From positions 203,468 through 267,467 of the IMG/VR virus record IMGVR_UViG_3300049460_000121: a stretch of 64,000 nt of DNA. One strand, 5' to 3'. A program made the translations under genes and the position numbers. Every line of letters begins with the position of its first letter. The first letter of the stretch is position 1. The stretch comes from a virus. Its lineage: Duplodnaviria; Heunggongvirae; Uroviricota; Caudoviricetes. Below are positions 44,811-54,385 of this stretch, piece after piece. The notes under the pieces were generated by a model. It saw only the letters and a list, made by a program, of their open reading frames with translations, was not told the DNA's origin and did not search any database.

Positions 44811-45239
44811 CTAGCGACCATTCGCTTTCAGTAGTTTCAGACTTCCTACGTCGTGGATATCTTGCGTCACTTTATGCGGCTTCCGACGTGGGTGGGTGGA
44901 CATACGCTCTTTCTGCTCAATCAACGCATCTAGCGTGTACAGACCAACCCCTTCGACATTCATCCAGTCCAGCGGTTTGGACATGCGATGAAGGTCGACG
45001 AAATCATCCCAGACGATCAACCGATCATTAGGGTCCAACGCGCCACGGACTTCAAACTCACCTGTTTTGGCCAGGCAGTCGAAGACCTCAGCGGGAATAT
45101 CCAAATCGATGTCAGATGACTTATCACGCAAGCCCAACATCAAACAAGCACCACCGGCACTTACCAAAGCTTGACCAGCAGTCAAACCGAGTGTGTTAAT
45201 CGTTTCATGGTACTTCTTGATGAATTCGAACTTGTCCAT
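44811..45239 (-). CDS. minimal nucleotidyltransferase-fold protein (142 aa), paralogue of 43818..44237
   Basis: SAGGACLMLGLRDKSSDIDLDIP signature. Confidence 0.5.
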   Translation of the reverse strand: MDKFEFIKKYHETINTLGLTAGQALVSAGGACLMLGLRDKSSDIDLDIPAEVFDCLAKTGEFEVRGALDPNDRLIVWDDFVDLHRMSKPLDWMNVEGVGLYTLDALIEQKERMSTHPRRKPHKVTQDIHDVGSLKLLKANGR

Positions 45240-45250
45240 TGCACAATACC

Positions 45251-45310
45251 TCTAGTGGGTGGATTCAAGTGTGTAATGTGTGATTGTAAAAGGTATGACT
45301 GCAAAATAAA
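45251..45310 (-). promoter_or_regulatory. promoter-like motif copy (minus reading TTGCAGTCATACCTTTTACAATCACACATTACACACTTGAATCCACCCACTAG)
   Basis: More divergent copy. Overlaps the T-tract of the upstream terminator. Confidence 0.4.
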
Positions 45311-45345
45311 AAGTGTCGAGGTGGGTTTCCCCACCTCTATGCCGC
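45303..45345 (-). terminator. stereotyped terminator (AAAATAAAAAG, hairpin GAGGTGGG-tttc-CCCACCTC, then TATGCCG)
   Basis: Abuts the stop of 45346. Confidence 0.6.
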
Positions 45346-45663
45346 TTACAGTTTCCTGGCTCTGCGATTGGTGTTGGTGATGCGCGCTTCGAGGTTGTAC
45401 CCGACCAGCTTGAACCCACGGCCTTTCAGGTAACCCTTCAGAACCAAGGGGGTGGTTTCATTCAATGCCACCGACCCCTGACTCAGGTTCGTCTGTCCGT
45501 TCAACTGACCTTCTGCCCAACGGTGATCAACATCGACGGTGATGACACCCTTCTCATCGATCGTGGTCTTTGGGTTATAGATGGTCTTGAGGTGACGGGT
45601 AGCAAACTTACCTGACCGGAGCTTCTTGCTTCTGACTAGATGAATTTCCGAAACTCGGAGCAT
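45346..45663 (-). CDS. hypothetical protein (about 105 aa; start uncertain)
   Basis: Overlaps 45608..45928 out of frame. Basic protein. Confidence 0.4.
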   Translation of the reverse strand: MLRVSEIHLVRSKKLRSGKFATRHLKTIYNPKTTIDEKGVITVDVDHRWAEGQLNGQTNLSQGSVALNETTPLVLKGYLKGRGFKLVGYNLEARITNTNRRARKL

Positions 45664-45928
45664 GGGGGCTAGATCCTTTCTTACTGAAGAAGCGGTTGAA
45701 TAGATAGACGAACGCCATAACGCCCAACCCTGCGCCAACAGCGCCTGGGATGACGTGAAAGATCGTACCGCCTTTCATGATCATGAGGACAGAAGAACCT
45801 TCACCCATGTAGATGCAGAATCCAACGACACCCATTCCAGGATAGTTGTTAGCAGCCACGACCTTCTGTTGGAACGCACGCGAACCAATGACGAAGAACA
45901 CGGTGAAGAAGATGATGACGTATTCCAA
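45608..45928 (-). CDS. integral membrane protein (106 aa, 3 predicted TM)
   Basis: Strongly hydrophobic tracked ORF. Confidence 0.45.
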   Translation of the reverse strand: MEYVIIFFTVFFVIGSRAFQQKVVAANNYPGMGVVGFCIYMGEGSSVLMIMKGGTIFHVIPGAVGAGLGVMAFVYLFNRFFSKKGSSPHAPSFGNSSSQKQEAPVR

Positions 45929-45936
45929 TAGAACTC

Positions 45937-46410
45937 CTAGTCGTGAACCGTTTTACTGTTGTGGACGAACCGACCTTTCCAACTACCCCATTCGTGAGGA
46001 CGGTAGTCAGCAGGGACTTCAGTGTGGACGCGTTCGATATCAACCTCTTCCCTATAAAGGTGGGTCATTTGGTTGTACGTACGTACCGCACCTTTGTTAC
46101 CCTTGCTGACCGAGAGGAGCTTCACCGGAGTGAGAACCTTTGCGTGCTCGACACAGATGTACACCGTTTCACCAGCGTGGGTACGCAGGAGGTCTTTCAC
46201 GCGTTGTTGCTTCTGCCGGAACTCTTCACGCGCCTGGTCTTGTTGTTGCTGATAGTCAGCAGCGACCGGGGCGTTGAACCGACGAACATGACGCTCGAGG
46301 TTACTGATGTCATCACCGGCCTCATAAGCGCCGATCTTGGCGAAGTGCATCAATTGCTCAGCAACGCGCCGATCCATCACGACGATATTGGGATCTTCGT
46401 TCCGTTTCAT
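45937..46410 (-). CDS. hypothetical protein (157 aa)
   Basis: Tracked ORF. Confidence 0.5.
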   Translation of the reverse strand: MKRNEDPNIVVMDRRVAEQLMHFAKIGAYEAGDDISNLERHVRRFNAPVAADYQQQQDQAREEFRQKQQRVKDLLRTHAGETVYICVEHAKVLTPVKLLSVSKGNKGAVRTYNQMTHLYREEVDIERVHTEVPADYRPHEWGSWKGRFVHNSKTVHD

Positions 46411-46772
46411 TCTCTACGCCCCGACTGGATCGGATGACCGCGCAATAGATAATCCAACAACGCCTTGGCGCCCACTGCGTGTTGGTCGAATTCAAACGCC
46501 ACACGAGTAGCCGTGTCATTGGCATTGTTGTTCGGTTGGAAGTCAGGGTATTCGCCGTAAACGATGATGAACCCATCGGTGACCGGGTGATTCAGGACGC
46601 TAGCCTTCTTCGTCGGGAATCCGCAGTCCATGGTGAAATGAAGGCCAGTAGTTTTGTTAGCGCTTACGCCAGCGACCCTGATGTCCATGTCATCATCGTC
46701 CATCATCAACTGCGCAAGATGTAGCACAGCTTCGGCATGGTTCAGACCATCCTCTTTGATCATACGTCCCAT
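46407..46772 (-). CDS. hypothetical protein (121 aa)
   Basis: Start at MGRMIKEDG, 4 nt after GGAGGT. Confidence 0.5.
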   Translation of the reverse strand: MGRMIKEDGLNHAEAVLHLAQLMMDDDDMDIRVAGVSANKTTGLHFTMDCGFPTKKASVLNHPVTDGFIIVYGEYPDFQPNNNANDTATRVAFEFDQHAVGAKALLDYLLRGHPIQSGRRE

Positions 46773-46782
46773 CTGTACCTCC

Positions 46783-46827
46783 AAAAGAATAAAGTGCGAT
46801 GCGGGACAATGTCCCGCATCTATGCCG
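46783..46827 (-). terminator. stereotyped terminator (CAAAAGAATAAAG, hairpin GATGCGGGAC-aat-GTCCCGCATC, then TATGCCG)
   Basis: Abuts the stop of 46828. Confidence 0.65.
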
Positions 46828-47838
46828 TTAGTTGACCGTGGCGTCGCCAGCAGTGAGCGGAACCATCAGCTGAGGATAGATCTCATGCTGATAGCCTTCT
46901 TCGTCCGGCAGCACGTTGTTGGCATCTGGCACCAGGACCTGGATAACGCGCAGACCTTCGGTGATTTCGATACCAGGCAGGAAACCATGCGCCGACAGCG
47001 CCTTTGGATCAGCCTCGATTGCACGCATGCGCAGTGCCTGACCGTTAGACAGTTTACCGCAGCGCTCATTGAGTACCGTGAAGTCGAACTCATCATCCTC
47101 GGAAGCCATGGTGATGTAGTTGTCCACGAACACGCCCAGCGTACGAGCACTGATGCCGTGTACCAGACTGATCACTTCGTAACCAATCTTGGATGTGGCG
47201 CCTTTGCTGAACGCACGATCATAGCCACCTTCTTCAGTAGCAAAGATGGTCGTGACCGCATAGCCCTGCGCGGCGAACAATGCTTCATCTTCAGCCTGAG
47301 CGGCTGCGAAGTTGATGGCACGGACGCAGTTGATCAGGAAGTCTTTGTCCTGCTTGGTGGCTTCGGTAGCAGCCATGAGGTATTCGCGAATGGTGACGCC
47401 CTTAATCACGTATTCCAGGTTAGAGGCGATGTCGTAGATCTGGTGGTTGTTGAGTAGCGTACCAGCCACCGGCACCAGTGTAGCCAGGTCACGCAAGTCC
47501 TGTACGGACACGAGGTTGGTGAAGTCGCCGAAGCTTAGGGTGTATTGCTTATCCTGAGGATAGCTCAACCACAGCGCTTCAGCGGCCTTGAGTTCTTCTG
47601 CCAGGCCAGGGTGCGTCTCCACATCTTGCGGGAAACACTTGGCCAGCGAGTGGTCGATGAGGTAGTCCGAGAAGTCCTTTTGGGTCTCTTCGGTGTAACC
47701 GTCGTCGAGGTTGTAAGCGTTAAACACCACCCAGAAGTTGAAGTCAATCAGGGCAATGAAACCTATCTGGAAGCATACGAATACTTCTGTGCCTTTGATG
47801 TTGCCGATAAGTAGTTGTTCGTTGATGTTGTCGCTCAT
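46828..47838 (-). CDS. hypothetical protein (336 aa)
   Basis: Tracked ORF. Confidence 0.55.
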   Translation of the reverse strand: MSDNINEQLLIGNIKGTEVFVCFQIGFIALIDFNFWVVFNAYNLDDGYTEETQKDFSDYLIDHSLAKCFPQDVETHPGLAEELKAAEALWLSYPQDKQYTLSFGDFTNLVSVQDLRDLATLVPVAGTLLNNHQIYDIASNLEYVIKGVTIREYLMAATEATKQDKDFLINCVRAINFAAAQAEDEALFAAQGYAVTTIFATEEGGYDRAFSKGATSKIGYEVISLVHGISARTLGVFVDNYITMASEDDEFDFTVLNERCGKLSNGQALRMRAIEADPKALSAHGFLPGIEITEGLRVIQVLVPDANNVLPDEEGYQHEIYPQLMVPLTAGDATVN

Positions 47839-47853
47839 GTCCCACTCCAGCTA

Positions 47854-47915
47854 AGACAGCTCCCATCGCTGTCTATTAATAGTGACTGGGGAGGCTAGCC
47901 TCCCCAGCGGTATAA
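47854..47915 (-). terminator. two adjacent hairpins (AGACAGC-tcccatc-GCTGTCT and CTGGGGAGGC-tag-GCCTCCCCAG) followed by CGGTATAACGG
   Basis: Lies between 47921..49537 and 46828..47838. Confidence 0.45.
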
Positions 47916-47920
47916 CGGTA

Positions 47921-49537
47921 TTACTCGAGGCGGTCGATGACGTAGTCAGTCAAACCGAACTCAGTGCGCACTTGCACACGACGCGCAACGCTGGTGTCCA
48001 GACCCACAGCCTGGTTAGGCGTGGACGTGTCCATGACGCCTTTCAGCGAGTACGCTTGGATCACACGTTCGGCTTCAGTCAACTCTGGACGGAGCAGTTC
48101 TGCGAACAGTGCCAACGAACCGTCATCACGGGGATCGCGAAGACCTTCCACCAGCAAGATGTCCAGCATGTACTTGTTGGCACGTTCGCCACCAGTCCAG
48201 CACGCAGGCGGTACAGCGATACCCACGATCTTCAGCAGCTGGCCTGGGACGATACCCATGAAGCGTGCTGGCTGAGGTTCGTTGGTGGTGTGCCATGCGA
48301 ACGGGTTACGCTCTTCTTCTTTGTCGTAGAACCACAGACGACCAGCATCAGGATTCTTCGGAGCAGAGAAGTAGATGTACTTGTCCACGTTACCGGCGTA
48401 GGCGCTGAACTCCAACGCAGTCGGCAGAACCTTCTCCTTGAACTTCTCCCAGGAGATCTTGCCACCGTCAGCCGGCTTCTGAGACACCTCAACCTTGGCT
48501 TCCGCTTGCTTGGTAACCAGGTCACCGAACAGTGGAACTTCCTTTGCAGCCGCTTCTGGAGCAACTGGTGGTACCCAGGTCTTGCGCACCTCATCGAGGG
48601 ATGCCAGACGGCGACCCAAGTCAACATCGCTCAGACCCAGTTCTTTGAAGATCCGCTGTGCCACCGTCACGTTACCTTCGGTAGGTGCAGCCGACTTCTG
48701 ACGGTAGAACTCTGGATCGACCTTCATGACGAAAGTACGCAGAGCGGCTTCTGGCAGACGACCGTTGGCAATACCACCCAACAGCAGTTCGCCTTCCACG
48801 TTGTTGGCAATGGCCGCGAACGATGGAGCGACGGTAGCCGATTCACGGTAGACCAGGTTACGGACTTGGCCATCGTTCTTGCCATCCAACGATTTCAAGA
48901 AACCGTGGAACCATTCCAGCTGAGGCAACCAACGCTCCAGTGCTTTACCGGCAGCCTGTACCTGGTTCACTGCCGAAGCTGCAACCTGTACGGTGAAGGC
49001 CTTGACGGCTTTCTCGAGTAGCTCGAAGCTGGTTTGGGAAGCACCAACCTTGGTGACTACCTGGTGTGGCAGGACCACGGAGTTCACAACCGGTGCGATC
49101 AGGTAGTGAGTCCAGCCAGCAGTCTCTCCAGTGCCCCAGACTTCGTGTTCGGTGTAGAAGCGGGCGCTGATACCGGAACGCAGGACAAGCTTCTCCAGCG
49201 CTTCGATAGAGGCCTTGTACTCTTCCGGCGCGATGCTGGAATCCCACAGAGCGGAAACCAGTTCGCCTTCAGGAGTAACGAAGACCATGTGGCCGAAACG
49301 CTCGAAGAACGTACGGCAGCTGGAGCAGTTGTGGTGTTGTTGCGCTTCTTCCGGGAACGCTTTACGGTAAACCGTAGACAGACCCTTCGACTTGGTTTCA
49401 AACAACGCAGGACCGTACTTCTCCATGCGCTCATTGAAGGTGGCTTGCACTTGAACAACCAGTGCGTCGAATACTGAACCCGAACCGATTTCGGCTACGG
49501 TTGCTTGGGATACTTGGGTCAATTGCTCTTCGCTCAT
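47921..49537 (-). CDS. hypothetical protein (538 aa)
   Basis: Longest gene of the minus array. The plus-strand shadow ORF 47882..49021 was rejected. Confidence 0.55.
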   Translation of the reverse strand: MSEEQLTQVSQATVAEIGSGSVFDALVVQVQATFNERMEKYGPALFETKSKGLSTVYRKAFPEEAQQHHNCSSCRTFFERFGHMVFVTPEGELVSALWDSSIAPEEYKASIEALEKLVLRSGISARFYTEHEVWGTGETAGWTHYLIAPVVNSVVLPHQVVTKVGASQTSFELLEKAVKAFTVQVAASAVNQVQAAGKALERWLPQLEWFHGFLKSLDGKNDGQVRNLVYRESATVAPSFAAIANNVEGELLLGGIANGRLPEAALRTFVMKVDPEFYRQKSAAPTEGNVTVAQRIFKELGLSDVDLGRRLASLDEVRKTWVPPVAPEAAAKEVPLFGDLVTKQAEAKVEVSQKPADGGKISWEKFKEKVLPTALEFSAYAGNVDKYIYFSAPKNPDAGRLWFYDKEEERNPFAWHTTNEPQPARFMGIVPGQLLKIVGIAVPPACWTGGERANKYMLDILLVEGLRDPRDDGSLALFAELLRPELTEAERVIQAYSLKGVMDTSTPNQAVGLDTSVARRVQVRTEFGLTDYVIDRLE

Positions 49538-49564
49538 CTTTCTTCCTTATTACAGACAGAACCA

Positions 49565-49801
49565 TTATTTTGGTTGGGTGGGAGCTTTATCCGGGATATC
49601 AATGAACGTCACGTAGTACGCCTTGCAATCCCGGTAGTAGTTGATTTCGATCGGAGGAACTTCCATCCGCCAGCCTTCTTCTTCGAACTTGTTAAAGAAC
49701 GAAGCAATAGGGATACCTTTGGTGATAACGGTAATCCGCTGGCGGTTGGTAAGGTCACTCCAGACATGCTCTTTTACTTCGAGACCGAGTAGTTGTAACA
49801 A
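49565..49801 (-). CDS. hypothetical protein (78 aa)
   Basis: Tracked ORF. Confidence 0.4.
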   Translation of the reverse strand: MLQLLGLEVKEHVWSDLTNRQRITVITKGIPIASFFNKFEEEGWRMEVPPIEINYYRDCKAYYVTFIDIPDKAPTQPK

Positions 49802-50273
49802 CTGGCACCTCCACCATCATTGAGTTGTAGCAATGGGCACACGGTTGGTCATACCCCATCGCTGTGAAGGCTTTGCGCAGCGTTTGGACCAGTGAATGGT
49901 GATGAGGACTCAACAACACCTCAGCGCGCTGACGACTGATCCCCATCGGTTTCATCAACCGAGCCCAGGGCACCATGCCACCGTCGAAGCTATCGTGCAG
50001 CTGTTGCCACAGCGCCCATTTGTGGAACGTCACGTTATCGATCTCGAACAGTTTCTCATCGGCACGCATGGACAACGCCGGATAGCGCTTACCCGAACTG
50101 AACCGATTGAACATGGCACAGAGAAACCAGTACTCCAGGAAGGGTTGGAGGTTTTCACGAGAGAACGTAGTACCACGAGCTTCCGGAAACATTGAGCTCG
50201 TTATACGCCACTTGTTAAACCCCTTGACCTTCCGGAGACGGTAGGGGAGTTGCATCCCCGTTGGCTCGGTCAT
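49755..50273 (-). CDS. hypothetical protein (172 aa, Trp-rich)
   Basis: Tracked ORF overlapping its neighbours at both ends. Confidence 0.4.
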   Translation of the reverse strand: MTEPTGMQLPYRLRKVKGFNKWRITSSMFPEARGTTFSRENLQPFLEYWFLCAMFNRFSSGKRYPALSMRADEKLFEIDNVTFHKWALWQQLHDSFDGGMVPWARLMKPMGISRQRAEVLLSPHHHSLVQTLRKAFTAMGYDQPCAHCYNSMMVEVPVVTTTRSRSKRACLE

Positions 50274-51211
50274 TGCTGCACCTTGATCGGTTCCTTGTTA
50301 AAGGTACGGCGATAAGCAATCCGCCACGATTCCGCCTCCACCATACCGAGCAACAGTCGCCATGGACCCACATTAGGCACTTCGATGTGGAGTAGCACGG
50401 CGTTAGTCCCATCAGGATGTGGAGTCACTTCGAATTTATTCTCCGGAGTAACCTCACCGATAACGACGTTCACGCCAGCTTGGTAATGCTCGTTCATCTC
50501 AGCGAGCATTTCCTCTTTGGAGAGCCAGTACCCAGGACGCTCGTAGGGGATCTGTTCTTCGTGGAGGATGTCCATCAAGTCGTTGGCATCCGAAGCGCTA
50601 GCAACCTCCTTGTAGGAGGGTACATAGCCGTTCTTGACTGCCATCAGTTCACGACGTTCCTTGAACGTGTAGAACCCAACCGGATCAAGGTCGTGGATGG
50701 CAATCACAGCCAAAGCTTCGGCCTTATCAGTCTCTACCTTGGTGGCCTGCTCAGGCGTCAGTGTTGCAGGGTCAACCGGCGGAGTCATCTTGTACTTCGC
50801 CTGAGGATCGAACGCTGGTTGACTTGCTGCCATCTCGATCAGCGTACCACGCAGTTCCATGATGAACTGAGTAGCCTCATCGTCAGTGAGTGTACGACTG
50901 ACGTAAGTACCACGACCAAAGCGCTTGTAGTAGGTAAAGGCGACGTCGCGCCAGACCAACACAAACTCTTCGTCACCCATGTGGCGGGATTCGAACAGTT
51001 CGGTGTCCAGCACCTTGTCGAACTTCGGCCAGAGGGGATCTTTGTCGGCATCGAAGTTGAGCGGAATCCAACGACGGATCTCTTCCATACGTTGGTCGAT
51101 ACCTTTGCCGGTATCTGTTTCGATCAGGTAGACCGAGAGACCTTTCTCCGAGGCCTCATCAGGATCTTTGAACGTCTCGAACAGCGAAACATCTTTCTGA
51201 CTATTATTCAT
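50270..51211 (-). CDS. hypothetical protein (313 aa)
   Basis: Tracked ORF. Confidence 0.55.
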   Translation of the reverse strand: MNNSQKDVSLFETFKDPDEASEKGLSVYLIETDTGKGIDQRMEEIRRWIPLNFDADKDPLWPKFDKVLDTELFESRHMGDEEFVLVWRDVAFTYYKRFGRGTYVSRTLTDDEATQFIMELRGTLIEMAASQPAFDPQAKYKMTPPVDPATLTPEQATKVETDKAEALAVIAIHDLDPVGFYTFKERRELMAVKNGYVPSYKEVASASDANDLMDILHEEQIPYERPGYWLSKEEMLAEMNEHYQAGVNVVIGEVTPENKFEVTPHPDGTNAVLLHIEVPNVGPWRLLLGMVEAESWRIAYRRTFNKEPIKVQQ

Positions 51212-51263
51212 GAGGGCATATTCCGTCTACGTTAGACATGTGATAACGACGTTCTGTGAGATT

Positions 51264-51860
51264 TTACATCAAACGGAAAATCGACCGGATTTGGGTGGTG
51301 TTGAACACGCAGTATTCAGGGAATCCCTCAGACCCGCATCCATTACCGGCGTGCACTGCGCCGTCGTAATTGCGTTCGATCAACTTGCCCACTTCCTCGG
51401 TATCCGCAAAGAACGGATAGGCTTGGAAGTAAAGAGCGCTGAGTTCGCCGTCTGTTCTGAGGTAGTGATCAACCGACTGATAACGGCCATCTGCATTGAT
51501 GCGTTCTTGCCATTGGTCCGTGGCTACGATCCATTGCTCGAACTTCAGCGCGATGCGCATAGCTTCCAACAACCCCAATCGAGCCGCCACGTCGGACAGC
51601 TCGAGATAGGCACCGTTGGGTTGGTTAACGAAAGGTTTCCGCATGCTGAGACGTACAGGGTAGATCCGAGCGGTATCCTCAGAGCCAGCCTTGGGATTCA
51701 ATGCGGGATCCGCATAACGGTTTGCGACGTCCACTACTGAGAAGTAGAAGGCGCGTGTCCTCGACCGCAGATGGTTAGTATCGGGGTGCGAAATCTCACC
51801 CCGATAGAACACACCGGACAGGTCAGGAGGAGATTGTCGAACGACATTCCCTCTAGCCAT
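51264..51860 (-). CDS. hypothetical protein (198 aa)
   Basis: Start at MARGNVV, preceded by AAGGGGAAG. Confidence 0.5.
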   Translation of the reverse strand: MARGNVVRQSPPDLSGVFYRGEISHPDTNHLRSRTRAFYFSVVDVANRYADPALNPKAGSEDTARIYPVRLSMRKPFVNQPNGAYLELSDVAARLGLLEAMRIALKFEQWIVATDQWQERINADGRYQSVDHYLRTDGELSALYFQAYPFFADTEEVGKLIERNYDGAVHAGNGCGSEGFPEYCVFNTTQIRSIFRLM

Positions 51861-51862
51861 GT

Positions 51863-52132
51863 TTACTTCCCCTTGTGAGTCTTGCCGATAAGTTCGGCTC
51901 GGTTCCAGCACAGGCGGTATGCCTGATCAATGCCTGCATTGGTCAACCCTTGAGTGGACACTGTTACGATGCAGCTACGCATCCCCTCAACGATTGCTGT
52001 ATCAGTCCCTTTATCGATAGTGGGTACCGGTACTGCATGGCTGGCTCGGGCGAGTTTAATAATCCCACCCAGACCCAGACCAGTTGCAACCACTATAACT
52101 GCCAACACTGCAACGAAGGACTTCTTGTTCAC
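51863..52132 (-). CDS. secreted/membrane-anchored small protein (89 aa; N-terminal signal-like helix)
   Basis: N-terminus MNKKSFVAVLAVIVVATGLGLGGII. Confidence 0.45.
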   Translation of the reverse strand: MNKKSFVAVLAVIVVATGLGLGGIIKLARASHAVPVPTIDKGTDTAIVEGMRSCIVTVSTQGLTNAGIDQAYRLCWNRAELIGKTHKGK

Positions 52133-52148
52133 TTTCTTCTACTCTGAT

Positions 52149-53042
52149 TTACGGTTTGGTTTTTGACAGAATTGCTGTATAGGACACGTTGGTGCCGATG
52201 TACTTCTTCTCGATCTCCCACTCAATCGTGAGATGGCCGAAGTCGAACTGCACCATGCCTACATCTTTACCTTCGAATTTCAAACGATACTGAAGTTGAT
52301 CGATGTCAGCTTCAACATGGACCAATTCAAAGGTGATTGGCTTCTCCTCACGCCAGCCGCTATCCCGATGACCGAAGCTGATGTCCTTGATACCCACCAC
52401 GTAATGGCGGGTACGCAGGTTCTGCCCAGCCGTCAGGTTAACCCGACCACCGCCGTAACCCATGACGAAGTTGGCCTTCTCGGTCACCTCGTCTTTACTG
52501 ACCGTGCCTTGGTCTGTCATGCCCCGTTCCCGCAGCAGGTAGTTCTTGCTGATCTTGAACAGGTGCTCGAGGACACATTCACAGGCCAATGACAACGAAC
52601 GTGTCTTGCCGCTGAACTCCTCCTGTTTGGAGGCTGAATGGATGTCCCAACTCCAGTTGTGGTCACACTCGCTGTAATTGAGGGTGTGACTGACCTGGGT
52701 CATCCCACAGAGCCAGTGGATCTCAAGGTAAGCGGCGAGAAAGGATGGGTCAGCAGGATGGTTAAAGGAAGCGAGTTTCACCTCACCGTTCTTTAACCAA
52801 TCCGGGAAGTGATCCCCGCCCAACGGCTGCCAACGAATGACGTCGGCGATCAAACGCTGATTATATTCGTTGACGTCAGCGAAGTCCCATTTATCCAGTC
52901 CGGGGATATAGTAGTTGACGTTGAGAGTGCGTCCATTCGAACGCCCACCAGGTCCGTTGGACTTGATGATCAGGTTGATTTTGTCCCAGGCTTCAACCGC
53001 AGTTTCTGGAAGGCGCAACAAACGACTTGCAAAATCACTCAT
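52149..53042 (-). CDS. hypothetical protein (297 aa)
   Basis: Tracked ORF. Confidence 0.55.
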   Translation of the reverse strand: MSDFASRLLRLPETAVEAWDKINLIIKSNGPGGRSNGRTLNVNYYIPGLDKWDFADVNEYNQRLIADVIRWQPLGGDHFPDWLKNGEVKLASFNHPADPSFLAAYLEIHWLCGMTQVSHTLNYSECDHNWSWDIHSASKQEEFSGKTRSLSLACECVLEHLFKISKNYLLRERGMTDQGTVSKDEVTEKANFVMGYGGGRVNLTAGQNLRTRHYVVGIKDISFGHRDSGWREEKPITFELVHVEADIDQLQYRLKFEGKDVGMVQFDFGHLTIEWEIEKKYIGTNVSYTAILSKTKP

Positions 53043-53044
53043 GG

Positions 53045-53794
53045 TTAATAGTTCCCGAATTCGTAGGAGGCGTTGGTGATGACATTGCGATCAAACGACA
53101 ACACGCCACGACACTTACCGATGATGACATTTTGGTAGACCTCGAGGGTCTCTTTGTCATACCCGACAGGTGCGGTGATCAGGGCGATGTCGTACTCCAT
53201 GTCGATACCACGAGGACGCTCGTAGCCGCGACCATTGACGTGCTGGAGGAAATCCTCGCTGTCGTGGTGGAGAGTTTTGAGTGCAGAGGCATCCTTGGCC
53301 AGGAACCCACTCGCCACAAAGACGAAGTTGTTCAAAGCCGCCGATCGCATCTTGCGTGCCCGCATGCGAGACTCGATAGGTGCCATCATGCTGTACCCAT
53401 CGATATCCTCGATGATAACCAACCGCACATCACGCGAACCGTCTTCCAGATCCGCCAGGAGGGTCATCACTTCGTCAGTGTCGAAGACGCTGAACGTTTC
53501 GATGACGACATCCACTGCCGGTGCCTTGTGATGCTCCGCATAATCGCGCAGACGCGCCGCAGTGGCAGGGGAGTGAGTCATGTAGAGGATGGCGGTGTTC
53601 GCCTCCCAATCCTCATTAGGAGGTGTGCTGACGGCGCAGCGGAACAGATTCTGCAACAACAGGTTGTAGTCGCTACCCAGCAGGCCGCTGACGTGGATCG
53701 TTTCGCCCAGGAAGAGCTGAGGGCGATGGCGCAGCGACTTGGCCAGCATGCAGCTGGTAGGCAACAACAGTTCTTCTCGATCTAAGCGTTCCAT
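53045..53794 (-). CDS. hypothetical protein (249 aa)
   Basis: Start at MERLDREE with a GAGG SD; TGACATG junction with the upstream gene. Confidence 0.5.
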   Translation of the reverse strand: MERLDREELLLPTSCMLAKSLRHRPQLFLGETIHVSGLLGSDYNLLLQNLFRCAVSTPPNEDWEANTAILYMTHSPATAARLRDYAEHHKAPAVDVVIETFSVFDTDEVMTLLADLEDGSRDVRLVIIEDIDGYSMMAPIESRMRARKMRSAALNNFVFVASGFLAKDASALKTLHHDSEDFLQHVNGRGYERPRGIDMEYDIALITAPVGYDKETLEVYQNVIIGKCRGVLSFDRNVITNASYEFGNY

Positions 53795-53795
53795 G

Positions 53796-54008
53796 TCAAC
53801 CTCGTTTACTGAATCTTGCACGGATGAGTTCAACGCCCACGAGCAGCGCAAGGGCGACCGTGATAGGCCAGGCCACTACGAGTTCGTAGGGCTTCTTGAG
53901 TACGCGGTCATTGTCCTCGATGTGTTGGGTGAGGATAAAGGTCCACAGGCCGAATACAACGACGCCTGCGAGGTACAGCTTGATCATGAGCCAGATGAAT
54001 GCGAGCAT
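53796..54008 (-). CDS. small membrane protein (70 aa, 2 TM)
   Basis: Start at MLAFIWLMIK, preceded by AAAGGGGAAC. Overlaps the 3' end of 53984..54373 out of frame. Confidence 0.45.
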   Translation of the reverse strand: MLAFIWLMIKLYLAGVVVFGLWTFILTQHIEDNDRVLKKPYELVVAWPITVALALLVGVELIRARFSKRG

Positions 54009-54373
54009 TGTTGTTCCCCTTTGGATAACGAGATGGCGAGTTGGAGGAGGTCGCGGAGTTCTTTGAACTCTTTGTGGCGGTTCAGCTTGTAGTCCATCAG
54101 CTCCGCGTAGTGGAACAGGAAGCGATTCACTTCCAGATCGTACTGTTCGTTGTAGCGAGCAATGTTCCAGGCCCAGAACTGACGACACCATTGACTGACG
54201 TACCAGGCGCCAATAATACCTGGGATCATGTAGTAGAAGAACGCCGTGCTGACGTTATCGGGTAGGGCATCGTGACAGATTACTGCCCACCGACCAGCGA
54301 ACTGGAAGTAAATGGCGCAGAGGACGATGGTGAACCACAGGTTGGTCCAGAGAAACTTCTTTTTACCTAACAT
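53984..54373 (-). CDS. membrane protein (129 aa, 2-3 TM)
   Basis: Tracked ORF. Confidence 0.45.
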   Translation of the reverse strand: MLGKKKFLWTNLWFTIVLCAIYFQFAGRWAVICHDALPDNVSTAFFYYMIPGIIGAWYVSQWCRQFWAWNIARYNEQYDLEVNRFLFHYAELMDYKLNRHKEFKELRDLLQLAISLSKGEQQCSHSSGS

Positions 54374-54385
54374 GGAGATCTTCCT

